Assembly (NCBI RefSeq): GCF_002087085.1
Contig: NZ_MWQY01000014.1
Span: 62,001-117,692, forward strand
DNA: 55,692 nt
Direction of reading: 5' to 3'
Both the position numbers and the translations under genes were made by a program. The notes below the pieces were generated by a model. The model ran no database searches. It was not told the origin of the DNA and saw only the letters and a list, made by a program, of their open reading frames with translations. Shown in pieces: positions 1-9,278 of the stretch (within the stretch, counting starts at the first letter, position 1; each line of letters starts with the position of its first letter).

Positions 1-904
1 GTCCCAGAAGGATTAAAGCAACAGCGGCGATCCAGTATACCCTGGACTGCTGAGAGAACTGCTTTGATACATCCGAGCCGAAAGTACCGTCTGATATTGC
101 TCGGGTAACGATAAGACCGGTGGCGACGGAGACCAGCAGGGCCGGGAACTGGGTTACCAGTCCGTCGCCGACAGTCAGGGAAACATAGTTGTTCAGGGCT
201 GCCGCAAAGGGTTCCCCGTGGATCGACATGCCCACGATCAGTCCGCCGATCATGTTTATCAGTGTAATGAGAATTCCGACTTTGACGTTACCCGAGACAA
301 ACTTCGTCGAACCGTCCATGGCCCCGTAAAAGTCAACTTCCCGCTGCAGGTCGTTCTTCTTTTTCTGGGCCTCCTCCTCCGTCAGGGAACCGGAATTGTA
401 CTCCGCTTCAATTGCCATCTGTTTTCCCGGCAGGGAATCAAGGGTAAAACGGGCGGCGACTTCCGCGACCCTGGTTGCACCCTTGGTAATTACAATGAAC
501 TGGACCGCGATTATTATGATGAATATGATAAGCCCGATAACAAGACCCTCGGAACCGGAAGTTCCGACGACAAAGGTCGCAAAGGCCCTGACTATTCGTC
601 CGTCAAAATTGATTCCCTGGGAAAGAATCAAGCGGGTGGAAGAAATATTCAAGCCGAGACCGAACACGGTGGTTATAAGCAGTAAAGTCGGGAACACCGA
701 AAAATCCAGTGCCCTGTGGGTATACAGAACAATGAGGATAACCACAAGGCTGAGCATCAGGTTCAATGCCATGAGAAGGTCAAGAATGAATGTGGGCAGG
801 GGAATGATCAGCATCATTACAAAGAACAGAACACCCACGGCTACAAAAACATCACTGCGATTATTCAGAAAAGAGGTGGAGAGTATTTTCTGTACATCCG
901 ACAT
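1..904 (-). CDS. flhA: Flagellar export protein FlhA (5' part; runs off window)
   Basis: Manual translation from ATG at 904 (TGATG overlap with flhB stop): MSDVQKILSTSFLNNRSDVFVAVGVLFFVMMLIIPLP..., with the FHIPEP motifs RFTLDSLPGKQMAIEA and DFYGAMDGSTKFVSG. Confidence 0.97.
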   Translation of the reverse strand, partial: MSDVQKILSTSFLNNRSDVFVAVGVLFFVMMLIIPLPTFILDLLMALNLMLSLVVILIVLYTHRALDFSVFPTLLLITTVFGLGLNISSTRLILSQGINFDGRIVRAFATFVVGTSGSEGLVIGLIIFIIIIAVQFIVITKGATRVAEVAARFTLDSLPGKQMAIEAEYNSGSLTEEEAQKKKNDLQREVDFYGAMDGSTKFVSGNVKVGILITLINMIGGLIVGMSIHGEPFAAALNNYVSLTVGDGLVTQFPALLVSVATGLIVTRAISDGTFGSDVSKQFSQQSRVYWIAAVALILLG

Positions 905-2109
905 CAGCCTACCTCCCTTTCACGCCCGGCCATGCCGTAAACCTGGGCAAGGATAATGGCGGTTACTTCGTAATATGTTTCGGGAATCTCATCCCCTATT
1001 TCCACCTCGGCGTACAGGGCCCGGGCGAGAGGTTTATTTTCGATTACCGGAACACTGTTCTCCCGGGCAATCTCCCTTATTCTCAGGGCCATGTTGTCCT
1101 GCCCCTTGGCGCTGACCGTGGGGGCGGACATGGTTTCCCGCTTCCACTGCAGTGCTATGGCAAAGTGCGTCGGGTTAGTAATGACCACATCCGCCTCGGG
1201 TACCGCACGCATCATATTCTGGGAGAGAATCTGCTGCATCCGTTCCCTCAGCCTGCTCTTTATTAGGGGATCTCCCTCGGTCATCTTCCGTTCTTCCTTC
1301 AACTCCTGCTTGCTCATTTTCAGGGATTCCCGGTGCTGATGACGCTGGAACATGTAATCGGGAAACGAGAGTGCAAGCATCAGCAGTGCAGCCTCTATAA
1401 GAATCTTGAGAGCTGCAAGGGCTATTGCCTGCAGGGACATGAAGAAGGGGACATCCACGAAGCGTACAATCCTGTCCATCTCCATTCGTATATTGATATA
1501 GGCGACAAGACCGATGGCAATGACTTTGAAGAAAGTCTTCCCCAGGTTGAAAAGAGCTTCCGTGGAAAAGAAGGATCTCTGCAGGAATTTCCCCAGGTTC
1601 GGAACAATCTTGTTCATATCAGGGGTAATGGTCTTTGTGGTAAACAGAAAGCCCACCTGCAGAAGGTTCGCCATTATGGCGGAAACGAAGGCGATTCCAA
1701 AAACCGGCAGGGTAAGACGGGCGGAATACCGGACAAAAACGGGGAAGATTCCATTATCGCCCACTATATTCGTTTCCACCGACACCGTAAAAAAGTATTG
1801 AATCATCTCGAGCATTGTTTTCAGCGTATAGGATCCCAGAAGTGCGATGGCGAGAATGGGAAAAAGCAGGACTATGGCTGCGGAGAATTCGGAGGATTTG
1901 GCGACCTTGCCCTCTTCCCGGGCTTTTCGAATCTTATGCTCCGTCGGGTCCTCGGTTCTTCCTTCATCCTCCGCGGCAAACCAGTTTAAAGGAATCTCCC
2001 AGGGCCGTAAAACAGCTTCATGCCCGGCGGGTATTCTGCTGCGTATCAGGAGGAGGAAGTAAATCCGCTGAAGGCTCTCCAGAGCACGGGTAAGGGAATT
2101 ACCAGTCAT
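904..2109 (-). CDS. flhB: Flagellar export protein FlhB
   Basis: RTEDPTEHKIRKAREEG N-terminal motif, four TM segments, NPTH autocleavage motif; ATGA overlap with fliR. Confidence 0.97.
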   Translation of the reverse strand: MTGNSLTRALESLQRIYFLLLIRSRIPAGHEAVLRPWEIPLNWFAAEDEGRTEDPTEHKIRKAREEGKVAKSSEFSAAIVLLFPILAIALLGSYTLKTMLEMIQYFFTVSVETNIVGDNGIFPVFVRYSARLTLPVFGIAFVSAIMANLLQVGFLFTTKTITPDMNKIVPNLGKFLQRSFFSTEALFNLGKTFFKVIAIGLVAYINIRMEMDRIVRFVDVPFFMSLQAIALAALKILIEAALLMLALSFPDYMFQRHQHRESLKMSKQELKEERKMTEGDPLIKSRLRERMQQILSQNMMRAVPEADVVITNPTHFAIALQWKRETMSAPTVSAKGQDNMALRIREIARENSVPVIENKPLARALYAEVEIGDEIPETYYEVTAIILAQVYGMAGREREVG

Positions 2110-2900
2110 ACCGCCGCCCCAGTTCCGGTTCTGAAAAGACGCATGATTTCCAGAAAACCGGAATTAAGGATGGTAACATAGGCAAAGGTTATAGCCGGCA
2201 GCGTAAGGAGCAGAACGATAAATGCGACCCCTATTCGAATCGGAAATCCCAGCATAAGCAGATTCATCTGGGGTGCCGCCTTCGCCAGGAGTCCCTCGGA
2301 AACCGTTACCAGCATCAGGGTGCCCATTACCGGAAAGGCGATAATAAGAGACTGTCCAAAGAGGTTTGTGAGCCCCCTTCCCAGCATGGAGACGATGTAC
2401 TCCTGCTGCAGCACCAGATCCACGGCCCGGAAAGCCTGGAAGGAACGGTAGATCCCCTTCAGAAATATATCCATGAAACCGCTTGCCGCCATGAAGGCGT
2501 ACATGGCAAGGAGGTTCAGAAACTGTCCCATCAGGGGCAGTTCGATCTGGGCCAGGGGATCGAACACCACGGAGGCTCCGAATCCCATTTGAAAAGCGTA
2601 GAACTGTCCGGAAATCAGAAGTACCGAATAGATCATGGTAATGAAGAATCCCACAAGGATTCCGATCATCGCCTCTCCCATCATCAGCATCCCATAACCC
2701 AGGGCGTTGTCGGGCAGGGGATATCCGAATCCCTGTACCATGGGAAACACCGCCAGGCTGGTAAAAAGGGTAAGGGCGACCCGGGCGACCCCGGGAATGG
2801 AAGACGACGAAATAAGCGGGGCGGTCTGAAACAGGGCGAAAATCCGCGCGAAGATGAGAAGATAAATCTGGGCGTTTACAATAACCTGTTCAAACTCCAT
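2106..2900 (-). CDS. fliR: Flagellar export protein FliR
   Basis: Hydrophobic 264 aa, GFGASVVFDP and APQMNLLMLGFPIRI motifs; between fliQ and flhB. Confidence 0.96.
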   Translation of the reverse strand: MEFEQVIVNAQIYLLIFARIFALFQTAPLISSSSIPGVARVALTLFTSLAVFPMVQGFGYPLPDNALGYGMLMMGEAMIGILVGFFITMIYSVLLISGQFYAFQMGFGASVVFDPLAQIELPLMGQFLNLLAMYAFMAASGFMDIFLKGIYRSFQAFRAVDLVLQQEYIVSMLGRGLTNLFGQSLIIAFPVMGTLMLVTVSEGLLAKAAPQMNLLMLGFPIRIGVAFIVLLLTLPAITFAYVTILNSGFLEIMRLFRTGTGAAV

Positions 2901-2917
2901 CTGAAATTACATCATCC

Positions 2918-3187
2918 TTACAATACCATCTGCGGTATCTGTCGAATAATATCGATTGTATAGGCCCGCATGGAACCGAATATAATCGGTCCAAAAAGGA
3001 CCAGGGCCAGAAATATTGCAATTATCTTTGGAACAAAGGTCAGTGTCTGTTCCTGGATCGAGGTCGTGGCTTGAAAAATAGAGATGATCAGTCCGACTCC
3101 CATACCAATAAGCAGCATGGGAGAAGAAATAATCAATACCTGAAAAACCGCGTTCCGCATCAGGGCAACGGCATATCCAATGGACAT
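2918..3187 (-). CDS. fliQ: Flagellar export protein FliQ
   Basis: IFQATTSIQEQTLTFVPK motif; ATG at 3187 with GGGAGGAG RBS. Confidence 0.96.
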   Translation of the reverse strand: MSIGYAVALMRNAVFQVLIISSPMLLIGMGVGLIISIFQATTSIQEQTLTFVPKIIAIFLALVLFGPIIFGSMRAYTIDIIRQIPQMVL

Positions 3188-3234
3188 TTTCTCCTCCCGT
3201 AAAATCAGCACTTTTTTCCCGGCGCCGCCGGTTT

Positions 3235-4017
3235 TTAAAAGAAACTCGCCACAACCTGTTCCGTAATAAGCCCCCAGCCGTCTACAAGTACAAAAAGGAT
3301 CAGCTTGAAGGGCATGGAAATCATAACCGGCGGCAGCATTATCATACCCATGGACATGAGGGTTGAAGCGACAACCATGTCTATAATGATAAAGGGTATG
3401 AACAGCAGAATCCCGATCTTGAAGGCAACGGTCAGCTCATGGAGTACAAAGGCCGGTATGAGTACATGAGTCGGAACCTCCGTTGCGTTTGCCGGACGCG
3501 GCAGATCCGACAGGCGCATGAACAGTTCGATATTGTTATAATTCCGCTGCATCTGCCTGAACATAAAAAGCCTTAAAGGGCCTTCCGCATTTGCATACAT
3601 CTCTTCAAAACCGATATCCCCTTCGGCGAAGGGAACGAAACTCTCTTCATACACAGTGGTCAGGGTCGGCCACATTATGAAAATTGTTAAAAACAGAGCG
3701 ATACCCATGAGTACCTGGTTAGGCGGCACCTGCTGTAACGACAGAGCCCGTTTGATAAAGTCAAACACGATAGCGATACGCAGAAATGCAGTGGTAAGTA
3801 TTAGTATCGATGGAGAGAGGGTGATGACCGCAAGAAGCAGAAGCAGCTGCAGCGACAGTGCGACTTCCTGATTGTCTCCGGCGCTCCGGATCGTGAGATC
3901 GACAAACGGAATATTCAAGCCGTCAGCTGGTACATTGACATCCTGCGCCTCCTGGGCAGTCAATACACCGCTACACGTCACCACTATCAGCAGGATGACG
4001 AGTACTTTTTGTTTCAT
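3235..4017 (-). CDS. fliP: Flagellar export protein FliP
   Basis: QQVPPNQVL and MGMIMLPPVMISMPFKLILFVLVDGW motifs; signal peptide. Confidence 0.97.
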   Translation of the reverse strand: MKQKVLVILLIVVTCSGVLTAQEAQDVNVPADGLNIPFVDLTIRSAGDNQEVALSLQLLLLLAVITLSPSILILTTAFLRIAIVFDFIKRALSLQQVPPNQVLMGIALFLTIFIMWPTLTTVYEESFVPFAEGDIGFEEMYANAEGPLRLFMFRQMQRNYNNIELFMRLSDLPRPANATEVPTHVLIPAFVLHELTVAFKIGILLFIPFIIIDMVVASTLMSMGMIMLPPVMISMPFKLILFVLVDGWGLITEQVVASFF

Positions 4018-4058
4018 TCCCCCCCCGGTACATCTCGAAACTACTCACTTCAGCATAC

Positions 4059-4670
4059 TCACAGATTCTTCATCCTTTGTCCCTGGTTTTTCAGGAAGTG
4101 GGCCGATGACGATACCGAGTCGTCCCCGCCCTCTTCGTTTCCGGAAAGAAGTCCGCCGATAAGCTGCCTGAAGCTTTTTTTCGGGGAGGAATCTTCCCGG
4201 GCAAGAAAAACGTCAATCTCGTCACGGCTCTCTTTATCATCGATTTCCGCGATAAGGTTGACGCTGTTTTCGGCGGATCCTACAAGCAGGAAACGCCGCC
4301 CCAGAGAAATAAGATGTACACTGCGTGTACTGGAGAGGGATTTTGAAGAGAGGATCCGGATAAGATCATTGTCCGGGTATCCCCTGCCCGCAATGCGCTT
4401 GAGCAGGAAGAACAGTCCGTAGATAGCTGCAACGACTCCCCCGAGAACCAGGACCATGGAGACAAAACTCCATATCGTGAGGTTTCCACCGGGCTCGACA
4501 GCTTCTGTTGTGTTGTTTTCCGCAGCTCCTTCACCGCCGTCGAAGATTATGTCTTCTTCAGACACAATGGCTTCTCCTGCAGGAGCTTCGCTTTCTTCCC
4601 TTTCCTGTGCTGAGAGGCTACCAACCACAGCCGCCACTAACAGCAGGAAAAGAAGCACGTTTTTTTTCAA
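4059..4670 (-). CDS. fliO: Flagellar protein FliO/FliZ
   Basis: Signal peptide, one TM segment, then FliO-like domain (RSVHLISLGRRFLLVGSAENSVNLI); directly upstream of fliP; TTG start. Confidence 0.85.
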   Translation of the reverse strand: MKKNVLLFLLLVAAVVGSLSAQEREESEAPAGEAIVSEEDIIFDGGEGAAENNTTEAVEPGGNLTIWSFVSMVLVLGGVVAAIYGLFFLLKRIAGRGYPDNDLIRILSSKSLSSTRSVHLISLGRRFLLVGSAENSVNLIAEIDDKESRDEIDVFLAREDSSPKKSFRQLIGGLLSGNEEGGDDSVSSSAHFLKNQGQRMKNL

Positions 4671-4698
4671 TGTCCCCCCCCAGAGACGTTATATCATA

Positions 4699-4727
4699 AG
4701 CCTACCAACAAAGTCGGCGTTTGTCCA
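4699..4727 (-). promoter_or_regulatory. Putative internal sigma70 promoter for fliO-fliPQR-flhBA
   Basis: TGGACA-N17-TAGGCT on minus strand in the fliY-fliO gap. Confidence 0.4.
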
Positions 4728-4743
4728 GATTTAACTCCTTATA

Positions 4744-5829
4744 TCATGTCAAATCAGACATTCTTTCCATGGGAGATACGATTTCGGTTACCCGAACACC
4801 GAAATTCTCGTCAATTACAACAACCTCGCCCTTGGCGATGAGTTTGTGATTAACCAGAATATCCACCGGTTCGCCTGCCAGCTTGTCCAGCTCGATAATC
4901 GTTCCTTCTCCCATTCCAAGAATCTCACGGATGAGCCGCTTGGTCCGTCCCAGCTCAACGGTCATCTCCATATAGACATCCATCAGGAGTCCGATATTTC
5001 CCTGATCACCGGCCGCAGCCTGGGGATACAGATTAGGAAACTGAACCGACTGTACATTCGGCGGCTGCTGATAACTCATGCTCATGCCCTGAGGCATCTG
5101 CTGTTGCATTCCTCCTCCCATCATTCCCTGTCCCATGGCGCCCATCTGCGATGACGGCTGAACACCGGGAGATGGAGAAGCCTGTTGAGGCTTAACGACA
5201 TCTGAAACAGCGGAAATAGAAAATACCTCCATCAGCTGAGAAGGTTTTTCTCCTTCGATAGTCACGGGGTAACTGACTCTAAGGAACCCGTCACCGGGCA
5301 GTGAAATATCGTCCCGGGAAAGTATCTCGGTTTCCCCGGGACTGGTCATTACGGTCTTCCGTACAGCATCTCCCAGGGTAGTGGCTATGGCCCCGGCAAG
5401 GGTATTTCCCGCTTCCGACAGGGCGGACAGGGCTGCCTCGTCCAGGTCAATCTGCTCCTGTCCCATCATCAACCCGGCTATGGCGGTAGCCAGATTGACA
5501 GGCATCAGGTACATATGTTCCCCCACAATACCTTCGGAAAAACCTATGCTGGTTACCACCAGCTGTTCAGGAGCGGTCCCGACAAAGCCGTCCCGGGTCA
5601 TAAATTCAACCTCGGGCTTTCCGATGTTGACGCTTTTTCCTATAATGCCGCTCAGATTCGAGGCCTGACTCGATACAGCCCCGGACAGCTTTGACGCGAA
5701 GGCCATCTGCTGTTCCTGGGATAACCCGGCGGGAGCCTGGCCTGCGCTCTCCTCCCCGCCAAAATCAAATCCGCCGCCGCCCTGCAGCAAAGCATCAATT
5801 TCGTCTTGCGATAATGAACCATCACTCAT
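4744..5829 (-). CDS. fliY: Flagellar switch protein FliY (CheC-like + FliN domain)
   Basis: LSQDEIDALL CheY-binding peptide, CheC-like middle region with EAGN, C-terminal FliN/SpoA domain (AKGEVVVIDENFGVRVTEI). Confidence 0.93.
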   Translation of the reverse strand: MSDGSLSQDEIDALLQGGGGFDFGGEESAGQAPAGLSQEQQMAFASKLSGAVSSQASNLSGIIGKSVNIGKPEVEFMTRDGFVGTAPEQLVVTSIGFSEGIVGEHMYLMPVNLATAIAGLMMGQEQIDLDEAALSALSEAGNTLAGAIATTLGDAVRKTVMTSPGETEILSRDDISLPGDGFLRVSYPVTIEGEKPSQLMEVFSISAVSDVVKPQQASPSPGVQPSSQMGAMGQGMMGGGMQQQMPQGMSMSYQQPPNVQSVQFPNLYPQAAAGDQGNIGLLMDVYMEMTVELGRTKRLIREILGMGEGTIIELDKLAGEPVDILVNHKLIAKGEVVVIDENFGVRVTEIVSPMERMSDLT

Positions 5830-5831
5830 GG

Positions 5832-6857
5832 CTACTCTTCTCCTTCGACGGCGAGCTCTTCGAACTCTTCTTTTTCTATATCCTCAAGTTTCTGTGTTAT
5901 CTGCACAGCCACCTTGTTTCCCACAAGGCCCGGCCTGCAGAGAAACTTTTTACGGTTCCCGATCTTCAGAACCATAGGGTCCGTTGTTCGGGTATCCTGA
6001 AGCCGTATGACATCTCCAACCCGGAGAGACAATACATCCCGCACGGTAAGGTTAATACTGCCGATTTCCGCAACAACATTGACATGTACGGTGGACAGAC
6101 GTTCCTTTATGATATTCAGGTTCTCCGTTGTCGCACCGGAACGCACGGTGGAATACATGTACTGTGCTGAGAGCTTGGAAATAATCGGCTCGATGGTCAG
6201 ATAGGGAATACAGAAGTTCATCATACCTTCCACTTCCCCGACCTTCGTTTCCAGGGTTACAAGCACAACCATTTCCGTGGGAGGGACAATCTGGGCGAAC
6301 TGGGGATTCGTTTCAATCTGTCCCAGCCGCGGCCTGAGATCGATAACCTGGCTCCAGGCTTCCCGAAGGTTCCCCAGTATGCGGACTATGATTCCCTCCA
6401 TTACCGACTGCTCGATATCCGAGAGGTCCCGCTGCACCTTCGTCCCTTCCCCCTGTCCGCCGAAGAGGCGGTCGATGATGGAAAAAGTAATGGCGGGATC
6501 GATCTCCAGCACCGCGGAGCCCTTCAGGGGATCCATATTTATTATCCCCAGGGTAGTGGGATTGGGTATGGACCGTATAAACTCCTCGTAGGTCAGCTGA
6601 TCAACCGAGGCGACGTGGACATGGACCATGCTCCGAAGCTGCGCGGAGAGGGCGGTGGTGGTCAGGCGCGCGAAGGTCTCGTGCATAATGGAGACAGTAC
6701 GAATCTGTTCCTTGGAAAATTTGTCCGGACGCTTGAAATCATAGATCTTGATCTTCCGCTGATCCGTTGCCTGAGAAACCTCTTCGCTTTCGATATCCCC
6801 TGTCGAAATCGCCGTTAACAGCTGGTCGATTTCATCCTGGGATAAAACCTCATTCAT
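5832..6857 (-). CDS. fliM: Flagellar switch protein FliM
   Basis: LSQDEIDQLL and YDFKRPDKFSKEQIR motifs. Confidence 0.98.
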   Translation of the reverse strand: MNEVLSQDEIDQLLTAISTGDIESEEVSQATDQRKIKIYDFKRPDKFSKEQIRTVSIMHETFARLTTTALSAQLRSMVHVHVASVDQLTYEEFIRSIPNPTTLGIINMDPLKGSAVLEIDPAITFSIIDRLFGGQGEGTKVQRDLSDIEQSVMEGIIVRILGNLREAWSQVIDLRPRLGQIETNPQFAQIVPPTEMVVLVTLETKVGEVEGMMNFCIPYLTIEPIISKLSAQYMYSTVRSGATTENLNIIKERLSTVHVNVVAEIGSINLTVRDVLSLRVGDVIRLQDTRTTDPMVLKIGNRKKFLCRPGLVGNKVAVQITQKLEDIEKEEFEELAVEGEE

Positions 6858-6884
6858 CCTCTACCCTCTAAACCGTCTCGGATG

Positions 6885-7439
6885 CTAAAAATCAAGTATC
6901 TGCAGGTCCATAATAATAACCCTTTCGATGTTTGGACCTGTAAGCCTGTCATTGATAAGGGTCTTCAGTTCGTTTGTTATCTGGGCCTCGTGCCGGGGAG
7001 TAAGCTCCGCCGCATTTTTTGTGCTGAAGTAGTGCCGTATTTCCGCCTGCAGAGGTGACTGCCGGTCGTTCAGCTCTGTAAGTATGGTTTTATTGTCCTT
7101 CTCGAAGCCGATCTTTACCTTGACGATCACCGTCATGGGTTCGGTATCCGAGGTCCTTGTACGGATCTCCTCTATTCCGTCCCACCACTGCAGAATCGGG
7201 GCGACTCCCTGGTAGTCCGGAGAAACCGCGGGCAGGGACTGCTGTGCCGAACCCCGTCCGAGGATCTGCATGGTAATGACAACCACGGTGACAATAAAGA
7301 TTATAGCCGCAAGCCCCATGGCTACCAGCTTGAGGATTTTTATTACTATTTCGGGGAGAAAACCTCCCCTTCCTCCGGAGTCCGGTTCAACACCGCCGGT
7401 TACATCTTCGTCGCCGAATACGACATCTTCGTCTGCCAT
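6885..7439 (-). CDS. fliL: Flagellar basal body protein FliL
   Basis: Single N-terminal TM segment plus periplasmic domain; between motB and fliM; ATG 7439 chosen by RBS spacing. Confidence 0.9.
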   Translation of the reverse strand: MADEDVVFGDEDVTGGVEPDSGGRGGFLPEIVIKILKLVAMGLAAIIFIVTVVVITMQILGRGSAQQSLPAVSPDYQGVAPILQWWDGIEEIRTRTSDTEPMTVIVKVKIGFEKDNKTILTELNDRQSPLQAEIRHYFSTKNAAELTPRHEAQITNELKTLINDRLTGPNIERVIIMDLQILDF

Positions 7440-7483
7440 GTCCACCTACTCCTGAAGAGCGGTAAATACCGCCCTTACATAAA

Positions 7484-7512
7484 AAAGTATCAAATATATG
7501 TTCCTTATGCAA
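7484..7512 (-). promoter_or_regulatory. Putative internal sigma70 promoter for fliL-fliM-fliY
   Basis: TTGCAT-N17-TACTTT with TGn extension, in AT-rich motB-fliL gap; short hairpin at 7457-7474 before the RBS. Confidence 0.5.
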
Positions 7513-7530
7513 ACCCTCATTGTTCCCTGC

Positions 7531-8256
7531 CTATAAGTGTCCTTCACTCAGGATTACAATGTCTATACGCCGGTTGTAGGCCCGGCCTTCGGGGGTATCA
7601 TTCGTCGCCAGGGGCACCGTATCGGAAAAGCCTGCAACCTGAAACTGGTCCTCCGGCACCCCGTACTGAACCAGGTATTTCAGGGTATTGATCGCCCTTG
7701 CCGAGGACAGCTCCCAGTTCGTCGGCCAGGGACCGGTCGGATCCGTTGGAGCCGCATCGGTATGCCCTTCTATCCTGAACTTCCGTCCCTCCAGGGATAT
7801 AAGCAGCTGAGATACCTTCTGCAGGGTCTCACGGGTATTTTCGATGTCTATCTCCGCACTGGCGGGGCGAAAAAACGAATCCGCCGCCAGACTGATTATA
7901 AGGCCCCGTTCATCCTCGGTAACCCGGACCTTCTTGGTCTTGATCTCCGGCTGGAACTGGCTTATCGCCCGCTTGCGGGCCTTGTCCAGGGCCCTTCCCT
8001 TGTCGACGGAAGGCAGGGTCATGATGTTGTTTCCCAGTTCCGCGAGCTCCCCTGCCTGGAGGGTGTTGCCCCCCTCGAGAACACCAAGACCGGAGAAGGC
8101 AGCCAGGATCAGCTTTAACTGGGAACCGTCCACCTCCGCGGTGGTATACATCATTACAAAAAATGTCAGAAGAAGGGTCACCATATCGCCATAGGTGAGC
8201 ATCCAGTCGGCGGCGCCTTCGGGGGGACATTTTTTGCATTTATTCGGCCTTGGCAT
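7531..8256 (-). CDS. motB: Flagellar stator protein MotB
   Basis: WMLTYGDMVTLLLTFF TM with conserved Asp; OmpA-like domain (EGHTD, NWELSSARA, NRRIDI). Confidence 0.97.
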   Translation of the reverse strand: MPRPNKCKKCPPEGAADWMLTYGDMVTLLLTFFVMMYTTAEVDGSQLKLILAAFSGLGVLEGGNTLQAGELAELGNNIMTLPSVDKGRALDKARKRAISQFQPEIKTKKVRVTEDERGLIISLAADSFFRPASAEIDIENTRETLQKVSQLLISLEGRKFRIEGHTDAAPTDPTGPWPTNWELSSARAINTLKYLVQYGVPEDQFQVAGFSDTVPLATNDTPEGRAYNRRIDIVILSEGHL

Positions 8257-8270
8257 GCTTGCTACAAATC

Positions 8271-9053
8271 CTATTCGGCGGCAGATTCCGCCATGATTGC
8301 CTCTCTCTTAAGGGGAGGCAGAAAACTCAGAAGCTTGACTTCGAGAATCCGGGGGTTGTCTCCGGACTGGATGGAGAGGATCCCTTCGATCATAATCTCC
8401 TTGACCAGGGTCTCACCCTTGTCCCGGTCCTCCAGCTTTGCCTTGATGGGAATCAGTACCAGGTTGGCAAATATTGCACCGTACATGGTGGTAATAAGAG
8501 CCAGAGCCATACCCGATCCGATGGAATCAGCGTCGTTAAGGTTTGCCAGCATGGCGATAAGCCCTGCCAGGGTACCGATCATTCCGAAGGCGGGAGCGAC
8601 CTTTCCCCAGAAGTCGAAGAGCATTATTCCGTCCTGGTGGCGTTCCTGTATCTGATTCAGCTCATTGTAGAGAAGGTTCTTGATTATTTCCGGATCAGTA
8701 CCGTCGACAACCAGCTGAATTCCTTTTTTCATGAACTCCTGTTCAACCTCTTCCAGGTCGTCCTCCAGGGCAAGAAGCCCCTCGCGGCGGGCTTTTTCGG
8801 AAAAGTTGACCAGGGTGGAAATAATGGCCTCTTCTCCCCAGTTGGGAACATTGAGGGCATGGTTCAGATAACGCATCATTCCCAGCACCCGCTGAAGGGG
8901 ACTGGAAACCATCAGGGCCGCAAAGGAGCCGCCGATAACCATAAAGATCGATGGAATATCGACATAGGAAGTCAGGCTTCCACCGGAAGTAAAGATTGAC
9001 ATCAGGATCATCACAAATCCGAGTATCAATCCAATAATCGTTCCTAAATCCAT
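8271..9053 (-). CDS. motA: Flagellar stator protein MotA
   Basis: ARREGLLALE and APAFGMIGTL motifs. Confidence 0.97.
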   Translation of the reverse strand: MDLGTIIGLILGFVMILMSIFTSGGSLTSYVDIPSIFMVIGGSFAALMVSSPLQRVLGMMRYLNHALNVPNWGEEAIISTLVNFSEKARREGLLALEDDLEEVEQEFMKKGIQLVVDGTDPEIIKNLLYNELNQIQERHQDGIMLFDFWGKVAPAFGMIGTLAGLIAMLANLNDADSIGSGMALALITTMYGAIFANLVLIPIKAKLEDRDKGETLVKEIMIEGILSIQSGDNPRILEVKLLSFLPPLKREAIMAESAAE

Positions 9054-9060
9054 TCTTCGG

Positions 9061-9258
9061 TTACTCCTCGTTCTTGAAGGCCCCTATCTGCCTGCGGTAT
9101 TCGATAATCGAATTCATAATCGTCCGGCGGTCCTCCCGGACCACCAGACGTTTACCCGACAGCATAATCAGGGTTGTATCCGGATTGGCTTCCATGTATT
9201 CGATCTGATGGGGGTTAACCCAGTAGACCGTTCCATCCAACCTTGTTACTTCAATCAT
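9061..9258 (-). CDS. flbD: Flagellar protein FlbD (SwrD family)
   Basis: MIEVTRLDG...NPHQIEYMEANPDT motif; between flgE and motA. Confidence 0.93.
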   Translation of the reverse strand: MIEVTRLDGTVYWVNPHQIEYMEANPDTTLIMLSGKRLVVREDRRTIMNSIIEYRRQIGAFKNEE

Positions 9259-9278
9259 CTGCGGCCTATTCTAACCCC

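Noticed and set aside
3212..3236. CCGGC-GCC-GCCGG hairpin between fliP and fliQ as a terminator
   Set aside because: Short stem and U-tract on the non-coding strand
4710..4742. GCCGAC as a sigma28 -10 box upstream of fliO
   Set aside because: Spacing to TAAA or TAAG is 11 or 19 nt, not 15-16
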